In this document: one piece after another, positions 28,828 through 37,678 of the stretch
Layout of the letters: every line of letters starts with the position of its first letter
Numbering within the stretch: position 1 is the stretch's first letter
Source of the DNA: a virus
Reading direction: 5' to 3' (one strand)
Length of the DNA: 64,000 nt
IMG/VR virus record: IMGVR_UViG_2044078006_000016
Span: 762-64,761 of that record
Made by a program: the position numbers and the translations under genes
The notes under the pieces: generated by a model
Databases searched by the model: none
What the model saw: the letters and a program-made list of their open reading frames with translations, nothing else
What the model was told of the DNA's origin: nothing

Positions 28828-30220
28828 TTGGTTTGTCCTCATCGTCCAGGCCTAGACCGTCGCCCTGCTCCTGCAATTCGCCGTCGATCTGCAGGTCTGT
28901 ACGCTCTGGCGCAATCAGGCCCAGCTTGCGCAGGTAGGCCCGAAGGTCTGCCTTAGCGAAGCCGCCTTGCTGCCACAAGCCAACCAAGGCCGTGATCATC
29001 TGCGGATCAGCCGTTAGCTCTACGAACTCTTGATTGACCTGGTAGGCAACCTTTTTGTCGGCAATCCCCATGTAAGCGCAGCACCACATGATGGCTCGCG
29101 TGTATGCCTCGCTGACGTTTGCCACACAGCCAGCGAGCACCGATGTGGATGCCGACTGATCGCCGCGCGACTCGGTAGCTGTCTTGGTGGCAAGTGAAGC
29201 CACCACCATCCGTGCGCCGAGTTCGATCATCATCTGGTTCTTATCGGCCATTGCCTCCTTGACCAGCGTGTTCGGCGCCGGTTGTGCATAGCCGAATGCA
29301 CCACCCGCCGGCAGCATCATCGGCGCCCTGGAGCCGACATAGACGCCGTTCTTCTCCATCCAGTCGCGCCACTGCTCATCAAGGCCGCTGATCCACGGCT
29401 GAGCCTGACCACACCAGAAGACGCTGTCTTCGTAATCGGCACTGTTCCGGTAATGGCCCAGGTTGATAATGGCGATGTCGTACAGCGGCGACTCGTCGAT
29501 GCTTGGGTCGTTGTTCTGCGCGCCGATGAAAGTGAACGGGATCTCCTTGAGACGACCGGTTACGCCTTCGGGCTTGAACTCGTCAATGACTGCCAGTGGC
29601 CCGCCACCTTTCGGACCGGACCGGCGCCAGACGCGGCAAACAAAGCCATCATCCTCAAGCGCCAGCTCCCGGTACTGCTCAGCCGTCTTGTAGCCGAAGC
29701 CGTCAGGAATCTCCGGCGACTCGCGCAGGACCACCAGCGTCAGCACGCTGTGACCGTTTACCATGCCCGTGCGCCAGTTGATGATGTCTTCGGCGCAATA
29801 GGACAGGATCACCGAGTGTCCGCCGATGCCGTCATCCTGGTGATAGTCGACGTACAGACCGTGCCGACCAGCCTCAAGCACCTTCTCAAGCGTGCCCTGT
29901 GAATGCTGGTAGATGCTCACCCCGGAGCCGTTGGCGTTGTCCTGCAGGTACTCCAGCTTCTTCGGCACCGTCAGTGTCGGATCTTTGTGGAAAGCCAAAC
30001 CCAGCAGCCCGTTTCGGGTGTGCCCGGTGGCGTTCTTGAACACCGCCCGCTCGCGGTAAGCCCGGTTCCGATCTTCGTTCTCCGGCGACTTGTCGTGCGA
30101 GTTGATGTACGGCAGCCGATCGACTACCCGGTGCTGGCCCGCGCAGACGTCGCGAACGGTTGCCCAGTGGTCCAGCACTGCCGTGTATTCCGCCCGCTTG
30201 AAGGAGACGTCGTTGCTCAT
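28802..30220 (-). CDS. Portal protein (DUF4055 type)
   Basis: Y..RA.F.N.TG.T..GL.G..F; IPF.FIG.QNND....E.PL..IA.IN.GHYRNSADYE; follows TerL. Confidence 0.88.
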   Translation of the reverse strand: MSNDVSFKRAEYTAVLDHWATVRDVCAGQHRVVDRLPYINSHDKSPENEDRNRAYRERAVFKNATGHTRNGLLGLAFHKDPTLTVPKKLEYLQDNANGSGVSIYQHSQGTLEKVLEAGRHGLYVDYHQDDGIGGHSVILSYCAEDIINWRTGMVNGHSVLTLVVLRESPEIPDGFGYKTAEQYRELALEDDGFVCRVWRRSGPKGGGPLAVIDEFKPEGVTGRLKEIPFTFIGAQNNDPSIDESPLYDIAIINLGHYRNSADYEDSVFWCGQAQPWISGLDEQWRDWMEKNGVYVGSRAPMMLPAGGAFGYAQPAPNTLVKEAMADKNQMMIELGARMVVASLATKTATESRGDQSASTSVLAGCVANVSEAYTRAIMWCCAYMGIADKKVAYQVNQEFVELTADPQMITALVGLWQQGGFAKADLRAYLRKLGLIAPERTDLQIDGELQEQGDGLGLDDEDKPNGGKPSNP

Positions 30221-31539
30221 CGGGCATATCCCATTTTGATGGAAGTGACGATCGCTTTGATCGGATAGCGCTTGGCGATGAAGTAGCCGGCGGCGTCGTT
30301 CATATGGTCGTGACCCTTTTTCGGATCTTTGTCCGGCTCGCCCTTGTCGGTGTAGGTCTGTCGCTCCAGGCACAAGGTGAGCTGAGGGCACTGGTCGATG
30401 TTGACCTTCAGTCGTCGCTCGCCGTAGGCATTCAGGAACATCGCGTTTACCGAGTTCACGCGGTCTTTCACGCCTGGGTTTGTGGAGTCGACGATCACCG
30501 TGAATTTTGCTTTCTTCAACAGCGACAAGTCGGACTCGCTCGCGTTTTTGCTGCTGGTGTTCTGCCCACTGGCGTCGGGATAGACCGCCACCGAGTGCCC
30601 AGGGAAACGTGCCTGGATCTTCTCGATCATCTCCGGCGTGTCCCGAACACCGTGAAACTCATCCAGGGCCATCGGCAGATCGTTACGCACGACATAGACG
30701 ACAGCGGCCATTTTCATGACGTTGAAGTCCATACCGATGTGCAGCGCTTCGCCTGGCTTGATTCGCTCGCTGGTTCGGCACTCATCGCGATTGAATGTGT
30801 AGTAGACGACGCCCGCGTAGTTCTCGAAGCCAGCTTCGTACTCCTGCCGGAAGGTACGCGGGTCCATCTTCCGGCGAGCCGCTTCCAACTCTTCAGGGGG
30901 GACGTTACCGCCCTGCAATGACGTGTACTGCCAGCTCTTGTGATCCGGCTCGCCACCTGGCTTGCCATCCAGATACGTGTCGTAACAGTGGTTGAAGCCC
31001 TTCGGCGTGCCAATACGCAGCGCGTGGCCGCCCTTTCGCACCCCGACATCCGGAATCGTGTACTGGCAGGTCGAAAGCATCGGCCTCAGTACCTCTTCCC
31101 ACGCGGCCCACGGGCAGTCCGCCCATTCATCCACCAGGACGAAGAACAGACCGGAGCCACGCAGGTTGTCGTAGTTGTCGAGTCCCACCACGCGCATGAC
31201 GTGGCCGGACTTGAGTGTGATTGAGCATTCAGTCTCATTCGGGCGGTGTGCACGCCATGCTTCGGGGATAGCCTGCTTCAGCCGACGCCAGAACACCCGC
31301 TTGGCCTGCTTGAAGGTCGGCGCGCCGTACCAGATCTCGTCCTCGACGCTTACGCCCCACTCCGCAGCCAGGCGGGCAGCACGACGCATCTCGGCCTTGC
31401 CCAGGAACGTCTTGCCGAACCGTCGACCACACACCGCATCACGGAAACGCGCCTGGGGCTGGAATCCCCAGCAGTAAATGTTTGCCTGTTTCGGCGTCAG
31501 CTTTACCGGCGGGTCAAAGGTACGGGGTAGCGGGGACAT
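30217..31539 (-). CDS. terL: Terminase large subunit
   Basis: Walker A GRRFGKT, Walker B VLVDE, IGTP.G, nuclease GMDFN...DH.NDA.GY. Confidence 0.95.
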   Translation of the reverse strand: MSPLPRTFDPPVKLTPKQANIYCWGFQPQARFRDAVCGRRFGKTFLGKAEMRRAARLAAEWGVSVEDEIWYGAPTFKQAKRVFWRRLKQAIPEAWRAHRPNETECSITLKSGHVMRVVGLDNYDNLRGSGLFFVLVDEWADCPWAAWEEVLRPMLSTCQYTIPDVGVRKGGHALRIGTPKGFNHCYDTYLDGKPGGEPDHKSWQYTSLQGGNVPPEELEAARRKMDPRTFRQEYEAGFENYAGVVYYTFNRDECRTSERIKPGEALHIGMDFNVMKMAAVVYVVRNDLPMALDEFHGVRDTPEMIEKIQARFPGHSVAVYPDASGQNTSSKNASESDLSLLKKAKFTVIVDSTNPGVKDRVNSVNAMFLNAYGERRLKVNIDQCPQLTLCLERQTYTDKGEPDKDPKKGHDHMNDAAGYFIAKRYPIKAIVTSIKMGYAR

Positions 31540-31990
31540 TCTCATCAGGCTCCAAGGTGTACTCAGCAACGGCGTGCTGCTGGTCAGCGTGGGAGCCCAA
31601 AGGCTTTTCAGGTTCAAAGCGGCGGTTCACGTAGACGTCGCCCACCTCTTTGGCGGCCTGCTCGTACAACTGAGCGGTTAGCGCCAGGTTGCGCATGTTC
31701 TCGGCCTTCTCAGCCATTCGCCCCAGGCCACGAAGCCGGAACGCGCGGTTGGCAATCGGAATCTCTGCGGTCTCTTCTCGGAACCGCTTCCTGGTGTCGT
31801 GGAAAAGCGTCACCCACTTCACCGCCAGCCCCTTGCCCGCGGACTTGGTTGGGTCGTGCGTCTCCACCTGCTGGCGGCTCACCACAACTCCGTATTCGTT
31901 CTTGACGGCTTCCACCACCTGGGATGGGGTGTCAAAGCACGCCAGCGCCTGAACGATGAAGCTCTTCACCTCATTTTTCAGGGCTGCCAT
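31514..31990 (-). CDS. terS: Terminase small subunit (DUF2280 type)
   Basis: K.FIVQALACFDTPSQV..AVK.E.G...SRQQVE..DPTK; overlaps the TerL start. Confidence 0.85.
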   Translation of the reverse strand: MAALKNEVKSFIVQALACFDTPSQVVEAVKNEYGVVVSRQQVETHDPTKSAGKGLAVKWVTLFHDTRKRFREETAEIPIANRAFRLRGLGRMAEKAENMRNLALTAQLYEQAAKEVGDVYVNRRFEPEKPLGSHADQQHAVAEYTLEPDENVPATPYL

Positions 31991-32021
31991 AAATTCTCAT
32001 CCGTCTAGAGCCTGTCAAGAA

Positions 32022-32651
32022 TCAGGCCGATCTGAGCAGACAGGTTCCGCAGGCCCTCGATATGTTCAATGTCCCCACCTCAGCAGGACTGTTTGCAGCA
32101 TCCACCAACGCTTGAACGTCAGCGCTCGCACCGTAGCGGCGGACGACACCGACGAACTCTTCCACGTCGTGGCCCTGCAGCTTGATCTTCGGTGCGCCGT
32201 CTTGGGTGAATGCTGGTTGACCGTACTTATCGGTCGCATGGGCCAGGTGATATAGCTCGTGTTCGATCAGGGCGCAGAACTCAAGGTCGGTGCACTGGGC
32301 ACAGTAGTCAGCGGCCAGAGTGATGATGAAGGCCGGCACGTCGCCGAACCAGTCACGCATCTGTTGCTCCATCCGGGCTTTCTGCCAGCCACCCGCGCGG
32401 AACGCTACCTGTTCGGCCTGGCCCACCACCGTTCGGCCCTGTTTCTCACAGCTCGATGACGCCCACATGACACGAATGTCTGCATCCAGTAGATGGGCAT
32501 GGTCTTCGTTGTGAATGCTACCGGTGTCGGCAAGTATCTCGGCTTGTAGCCAGTCCCATACCTCCGGTGCTGGTGTTAGGCTAATTAGGAAGTCTGGCAG
32601 ATCGGCCAGATGAAGCGCTGAGGGAGGGGGTCTCGGCCAACTCAAAATCAC
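32022..32651 (-). CDS. Putative phage metallopeptidase
   Basis: EHELYH (HExxH) and HDVEEF motifs. Confidence 0.8.
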   Translation of the reverse strand: MILSWPRPPPSALHLADLPDFLISLTPAPEVWDWLQAEILADTGSIHNEDHAHLLDADIRVMWASSSCEKQGRTVVGQAEQVAFRAGGWQKARMEQQMRDWFGDVPAFIITLAADYCAQCTDLEFCALIEHELYHLAHATDKYGQPAFTQDGAPKIKLQGHDVEEFVGVVRRYGASADVQALVDAANSPAEVGTLNISRACGTCLLRSA

Positions 32652-32693
32652 ACCTTTCCAAGCTTGAAATAATTAGGTAATACCTGCAAATAT

Positions 32694-32945
32694 GTGACTC
32701 GCATAGCTAAGGAGCAGCAAATGGTGATGTCATGCCATGACCCCCGAAGACTCGTTAAGCATATTGAAAATGCATACCCTGATGCCAGTCAGTCTGCGGT
32801 GAATGCGGTCGGAGCCCTACAGTTTGTATTTCCTGATGGCATGGTAATCAACATCTATCCAAAGGGAACCATTCACTTCCAAGGGAAATCCAGCGCCATC
32901 CGGGCGAAAGTGGAAGCTCAAATCTCATTTATTAACAGACGATAG
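32694..32945 (+). CDS. Small antisense moron with TBP-like beta motif (VINIYPKGTIHFQG)
   Basis: 83 aa, AAGGAG SD before ATG 32721, opposite strand to the late operon. Confidence 0.6.
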   Translation: MTRIAKEQQMVMSCHDPRRLVKHIENAYPDASQSAVNAVGALQFVFPDGMVINIYPKGTIHFQGKSSAIRAKVEAQISFINRR

Positions 32946-33039
32946 CGAGCAGTATCGGTGTTGATTCACCGCTGGCTACCTCAAAGTCACAATCGATCAG
33001 GCCGTGTTAGTGGGCAATGGTATCCTTTGAGATACCATC

Positions 33040-33207
33040 TCATAGGCCTGCATGGTGACCATGGAGCAATCCAATGATCAAGCCTTTAGGAACGCTGGTA
33101 GCCAACGCTGCAGGGGCATCGGCAATAGCCTTGTCGATAGCGCTTACCGCAGTATTGATATCCGGGATCATTGGCGTACTGTGAAGCAGCCGGATGAGGT
33201 TGCTCAG
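33040..33207 (-). pseudogene. Degenerate prophage protein (IDKAIADA...GLIIGLLHGH)
   Basis: Resembles a small Pseudomonas prophage family I recall; the expected start is CTG and the C-terminus is degenerate. Confidence 0.35.
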
Positions 33208-33354
33208 TTGCAAAGCTCGCGTCACGTTTGGGCGCATTCGAAAAATGTGGCGCGTGGGGGACGGCGTACCGTTAGCCGCTCGTCACACCAACTAAACTTT
33301 CTGAGCGCCATTGCCGACCTATATTTAGGTGCAAATAAAAAATTTGGAGCGCTA

Positions 33355-33603
33355 GTGAATAAAGAAGAAATTGAACGAGAGCTTGCCCATGCCGCAAATA
33401 ATTACAGGCAGTTGGCAAGTACCCTCGCAATGATCAAAGGCACTCCACTTGCTCAAGATCCATCTTTCATAGACCAAATTGAGCACCTCAAAGGTGCAAT
33501 GATTGCTCTTCAAGCGCAAGTTCGCCGGCTGAGCGTCCTCGATGGAGCAATGCATAGTCCTGCTCGAAAAGGGAAGCACGCGCTGCACCTCGTCAAGCGA
33601 TAA
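33355..33603 (+). CDS. Small antisense hypothetical (helical)
   Basis: GGAG SD before GTG 33355; C-terminal part of track ORF 33052..33603. Confidence 0.5.
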   Translation: MNKEEIERELAHAANNYRQLASTLAMIKGTPLAQDPSFIDQIEHLKGAMIALQAQVRRLSVLDGAMHSPARKGKHALHLVKR

Positions 33604-33728
33604 ACGTATAAAGCGATGTCGCACTCACTTACTCTTGCTTATGACGATCTGAGCGTGCATCTAGCCTGCTCAGGAGTCCAGCAACCTAATCTGCTTAACT
33701 CAGTAGGCAGTGCACCCGCAGTACGCCA

Positions 33729-34046
33729 TCACTGGGGTGCTCGGTTTAGGACTTCGTCCGCTTTGTCGGCAGCTTTGGCAGCAGTCGTCGCAGCCTTCGT
33801 GGCTTGGTCGGCGGCGGTACCGGTTTGGCGGCTCAGCTCTTCTAGGCGCTTGTCGCGCTCAGTCATGGCGGTGTCGTAGGCTTTTCGCATGTCGGTCACT
33901 TGGCTGCTCTGCTTATCAGCGAGCGACCAGTATGCGGCTTGGTAACCCAGTACTGCCCCACCACCCACCAGCACTACAGCAATGCTCCAAACTTCGGCCC
34001 GGCGCCACCAGCGGCGTGCGATAAATTCCAATGCGCATCTGTCCAT
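33729..34046 (-). CDS. Single-TM protein of the holin slot
   Basis: WWRRAEVW + TM + Ala-rich coiled coil; coupled to the upstream gene. Confidence 0.7.
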   Translation of the reverse strand: MDRCALEFIARRWWRRAEVWSIAVVLVGGGAVLGYQAAYWSLADKQSSQVTDMRKAYDTAMTERDKRLEELSRQTGTAADQATKAATTAAKAADKADEVLNRAPQ

Positions 34047-34417
34047 TAGGCGATTCCTCCCAGCTTGGTGCGAAGGCGGGTGATCTCATCGCTCTGCTGC
34101 GTCACGCGGTCAGTGAGTTGAGCTACCTGGCTGGTGAGCGCCTCGATCTTACCTTCCATGCGCCCAACGGCAGCTGCCAGGTCATTCCGCTCCTTCGCGA
34201 ATTGATCGGCGCGGGCCTCGGCTTCTTTGCGAGCGGCGCGCTCCTGGTTCAGCAACTCGTTTAGTCGCTTCAGTGTGCCGATATCGGCGCTGTCCATTGC
34301 TCGGTCAGTCGCATCCTTAGAAAGGAACCGGCGCAGCCATAGCAGGCCGCCCAGTACCACGGTGGCACTACCGCCCAGCCAGGTGGCTGTGCCTGGGCCT
34401 AGGTCAGTAGGGTCCAT
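34046..34417 (-). CDS. N-terminal TM + coiled-coil protein, putative holin/antiholin-slot gene
   Basis: MDPTDLGPGTATWLGG TM; first late gene after pR' and tR'. Confidence 0.65.
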   Translation of the reverse strand: MDPTDLGPGTATWLGGSATVVLGGLLWLRRFLSKDATDRAMDSADIGTLKRLNELLNQERAARKEAEARADQFAKERNDLAAAVGRMEGKIEALTSQVAQLTDRVTQQSDEITRLRTKLGGIA

Positions 34418-34597
34418 CTTCACTCCAAACCGCATTTATTCCCATTCTGGGATTCAATAATTGCATGTTCCGCATCATTCAGAAGCGGAGACAAAAAGAT
34501 ATTTCCACACAAAAAATCAGATAATTCCTACATCAATTTTACTTCGGATAGGGAATATTGACGTCGAAATGAGTAATTGAGCAGAGAGGATCCCCTT

Positions 34598-34792
34598 TTG
34601 TTAGTCATTACTAGAACCCCCAATAAGCGCTTGCGCATAGGCGACGAAATCCAAATCAACGTGGCTAAGGTCGTTGAAGATACCGTGTATTTAGCCCTCA
34701 GCGCACCCGAACGCATATTAATCAAAGCGGTGAGTGGTATTCACGACGATGAAATACCCGAGCATCCGCACGGCGCAGGAGAACTTGTTTGA
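34598..34792 (+). CDS. Divergent CsrA/RsmA-family protein (R44A-equivalent)
   Basis: GAGGA SD + TTG 34598; MLVITRTPNKRLRIGDEIQINV...V.L..SAP aligns without gaps to CsrA ([22 protein letters not shown]...VRIGVNAP). Confidence 0.8.
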   Translation: MLVITRTPNKRLRIGDEIQINVAKVVEDTVYLALSAPERILIKAVSGIHDDEIPEHPHGAGELV

Positions 34793-34848
34793 AACGGGTT
34801 AGCAAGCTGCACTCCCTGCTCAGAGCGAGCGGTAGCAGGGCCGAAAAT

Positions 34849-34875
34849 GAAAAAGCCCAGCGCGACGGCTGGGCT
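34849..34875 (-). terminator. tR'-like terminator downstream of the late promoter
   Basis: AGCCCAG-CCGTCGCG-CTGGGCTTTTT. Confidence 0.75.
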
Positions 34876-34968
34876 CTATTACGCAGGGAGATAGAAGATC
34901 ATAGAGTACAGTATGAGCCGGGCTCTGCAGTGTAAACCCCTAATGCGCAAGATCGATAGGATGAACAA

Positions 34969-34997
34969 ATAATCTCTCATCTTCTCACTCAGTGCAA
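34969..34997 (-). promoter_or_regulatory. Late promoter pR' candidate TTGCAC-N17-GATTAT
   Basis: sigma70-like spacing, correct orientation, followed about 90 nt later by a strong terminator. Confidence 0.6.
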
Positions 34998-35222
34998 CAT
35001 TTTTCGGTTATCAGAATTTTGCGTGCAGCTCCGCCGATTAAAACCTATCCAGGGCTCTCCAAATTTCTGGCAACACCCTTTCGAACGGCAAAACAGTCGT
35101 ATCCGGGGCATGCGCCATACGTGTGATCGGGTCTAACCTATTGGCGATAGGTAAATGGAGTCGTGGGCCTGCAGGGGATCTGATACCGTTTAGCCATATG
35201 GTCGTGATACGCGAGGTTAGTC

Positions 35223-37031
35223 ATGGACGTAAATACCCACTTCCCTGAGTACGAAGCAGAACGCTTAAAACGCGTTGAGGCCCTCTGCCCGCAAAATGAA
35301 CAAGACGACGAAGTCTTCGAAAAAATGATTTCAATGACTTCAGAATACTTCAATGCACCCATCGCCTTGATTTCTATCGTCGAAAAGCACCGCCAATGGT
35401 TCAGAGCGCGGATCGGGATCGACCAGCGAACTACACCTCGGGACGTTTCGTTCTGCGCACACTCTCTACGCGACAGGAAGGCGTTAGAGGTTTTGGATGC
35501 GCAGAATGATGAGCGCTTCAAAGATAACCCCATGGTCACCGGCGCGCCCTTTATTCGCTATTACGCTAGCGCACCACTTCTCACAAGCGACGGTTTCTCT
35601 CTGGGTAGCCTATGCATAATAGATACTTCACCTCGAGAACCAATGAGCAAACAAGATGCAGCAATGCTCGTTTATTTCGCTCAACTCGTTGTCTTGCGGA
35701 TTATGGGTTTACGTTCCCGTAATTTTATTGATCAGCCTACCGGACTTTTCAACCGACTTAGACTGGAAGAAGATATTCGACTAGCAAGCTCTAGTGGCAT
35801 TCAGCACGATCTATTTGCTGTGGACGTAATATCTCCAAAATTTTTGAATGACGTAGTAAAAGCGCTCGGTTACAGCTTTTCTCAAAATTTAATGCTCAAC
35901 GTCAAGGGTAGACTTCAGTCTTTATTACCTAAGAATTCTCTCTTGTACAAAATCAGTCCAACGCGTTTTGGGTTTCTTTTAGAAGGTGGCCAGCCGGTGG
36001 AAGGTCTCTGCCATGAGATTCTTTCAAATTTTGACGAACCGGTTGATTGTCAAGGGATCCCAATACTCATGCAGACAGGTATTGGAGTATTGAAAATCAC
36101 CGATGCAAAAGAGAGGGACTGGCTACGGTTAGTGGTAGGGGCAGCTGATGACGCCAGGGTTCGAAACTTGGGCTGGGCGATGTATCAACCTGAGTTGGAC
36201 GCAGCTCAGCAGCGAGCGTTTGCCTTACTGAGCTCCCTGTCTGATGCAGTTCGATCTGAAGATCAGCTGAGCTTAGTTTTCCATCCAAAAGTCACATTAC
36301 CTACTCTAGCATGTGAAAATGTTGAGGCATTGATCAGGTGGGATCACCCTACACTCGGGCCTATCAGCCCCGCAGAGTTTATACCACTTGCAGAGAAAAC
36401 TGCGTTGATGCATTTAATTACCTTCTGGGTACTTGAGGCCGTAGTTAACCAAGCTAAGGAGTGGCTCAACAAAGGTATTGAATTACGAATCTCCATGAAT
36501 GTCACTGTCAGTGATCTTGAGAATTCTAAGTTCGTAAATAAAATTACAGAATATATAAACAACGGCGCCCTTCAGTCGAAAAATCTAGAACTTGAGTTTA
36601 CGGAAAGCATGCTCATGTCAGATCCGAAGACAGTTATTGAGCAGCTTGAGCGCGCCCGTGCGTTGGGCATTGAAGTTTCCGTGGACGACTTCGGTACTGG
36701 CTACAGCAACTGGACATATCTAAGGCAACTGCCTGTGAGTACGGTTAAATTAGACCAGTCACTAATCAGCAGCCTCAACACGAACGAAAAAGATAAACGG
36801 CTAGTTAAGACACTCATCGAGCTTGCTAGAGGATTAGGCTATAGAGTCGTAGCAGAGGGCGTCGAAACCCAAAGCATTCTGGACCTAATCACACTCTGGG
36901 GATGTTCAGAGGCTCAGGGGTACCTGATAACAAAACCCCTGAGAGCGGAACCATTAGAAACATGGCTGGCGCAAGGTGGTTTCAGCGCGGCATGTGATAG
37001 GACTAAAACGCCAGGCACCGAACCCTTGTAG
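35223..37031 (+). CDS. GAF - degenerate GGDEF - EAL c-di-GMP phosphodiesterase
   Basis: GAF (RDVSFCAH...NPMVTG.P.IRYYA.APL); GGDEF replaced by SPTRF; EAL domain with EAL, N, ELEFTE, DDFGTGYS, K.D, AEGVE, QGY all present. Confidence 0.93.
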   Translation: MDVNTHFPEYEAERLKRVEALCPQNEQDDEVFEKMISMTSEYFNAPIALISIVEKHRQWFRARIGIDQRTTPRDVSFCAHSLRDRKALEVLDAQNDERFKDNPMVTGAPFIRYYASAPLLTSDGFSLGSLCIIDTSPREPMSKQDAAMLVYFAQLVVLRIMGLRSRNFIDQPTGLFNRLRLEEDIRLASSSGIQHDLFAVDVISPKFLNDVVKALGYSFSQNLMLNVKGRLQSLLPKNSLLYKISPTRFGFLLEGGQPVEGLCHEILSNFDEPVDCQGIPILMQTGIGVLKITDAKERDWLRLVVGAADDARVRNLGWAMYQPELDAAQQRAFALLSSLSDAVRSEDQLSLVFHPKVTLPTLACENVEALIRWDHPTLGPISPAEFIPLAEKTALMHLITFWVLEAVVNQAKEWLNKGIELRISMNVTVSDLENSKFVNKITEYINNGALQSKNLELEFTESMLMSDPKTVIEQLERARALGIEVSVDDFGTGYSNWTYLRQLPVSTVKLDQSLISSLNTNEKDKRLVKTLIELARGLGYRVVAEGVETQSILDLITLWGCSEAQGYLITKPLRAEPLETWLAQGGFSAACDRTKTPGTEPL

Positions 37032-37129
37032 TCCATCAAAACCTGTCGGCGGGAAGCCTGTCACCACCTCCCGCCCACCTTAAAGCTGATGTCGCTCAGG
37101 TCATCTGTCCAGTTCATTGCCGCAGCAAA

Positions 37130-37678
37130 TTATGATGCCATGGCGTTCTCCATTAGCCCCTCGGCGTCAAGAATCTCTTGAGCGGCCATCAGCGCCTCAT
37201 TTACCTGGCCATCCAAAGAATTTCGTATGGATGAACGCCAACGATACCGAGTTGACTCTGGCTTGCCGTCATTGTCCCAATTGGTGATGTCATACCAGGC
37301 GGCCGGCAGCACAGTGGCGGAACGTTTGCCCTCGGAACCGGCAACCTGCGGAATAGCCCACGTCAGCACAGCGCACTCACGAAACCGTTTCGGCGCCGGC
37401 GACTTCACCGAATTGAGCAGCTCCAGGATCGCGCCGTGCTTGCGCTCCTCGTGGGTGGAGTACTTGGCCACCAGTGCCCGCCAGTGCGCCGGGGTAAGCG
37501 CCTTATGCAGCCGACCGAATACCCAGCAGTCCTGGAGAAACGCCGCCTCCTTGCCGACGATCTCCCCCTTCTGCTTGGCGCACTGCACTTTGGGCTCGAA
37601 GTCGCAGCCGCCGGCGGAACTGATGGTCTCGGCCGCGAGCGCCCGAACTACTGCTGAAACAACGTTGCGATAGGTCAT
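37130..37678 (-). CDS. Putative late-gene antiterminator (Q slot)
   Basis: Last early-right gene before pR'; C-terminal helical region (W....STRYRWR..I...L); family recalled from Pseudomonas prophages. Confidence 0.6.
   Translation of the reverse strand: MTYRNVVSAVVRALAAETISSAGGCDFEPKVQCAKQKGEIVGKEAAFLQDCWVFGRLHKALTPAHWRALVAKYSTHEERKHGAILELLNSVKSPAPKRFRECAVLTWAIPQVAGSEGKRSATVLPAAWYDITNWDNDGKPESTRYRWRSSIRNSLDGQVNEALMAAQEILDAEGLMENAMAS

Noticed and set aside
34586-34596. GAGGATCCCCT shared by the leaders of the CsrA-like gene and the PAPS-reductase gene (about 55565)
   Set aside because: An 11-bp match that includes the SD; no flanking similarity, so coincidence is likely.
35000-35060. Minus-strand AARKILITEKMLH* as a relic of an older Q 3' end before pR'
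   Set aside because: Similarity to the Q-slot C-terminus is too short and weak to distinguish from chance.
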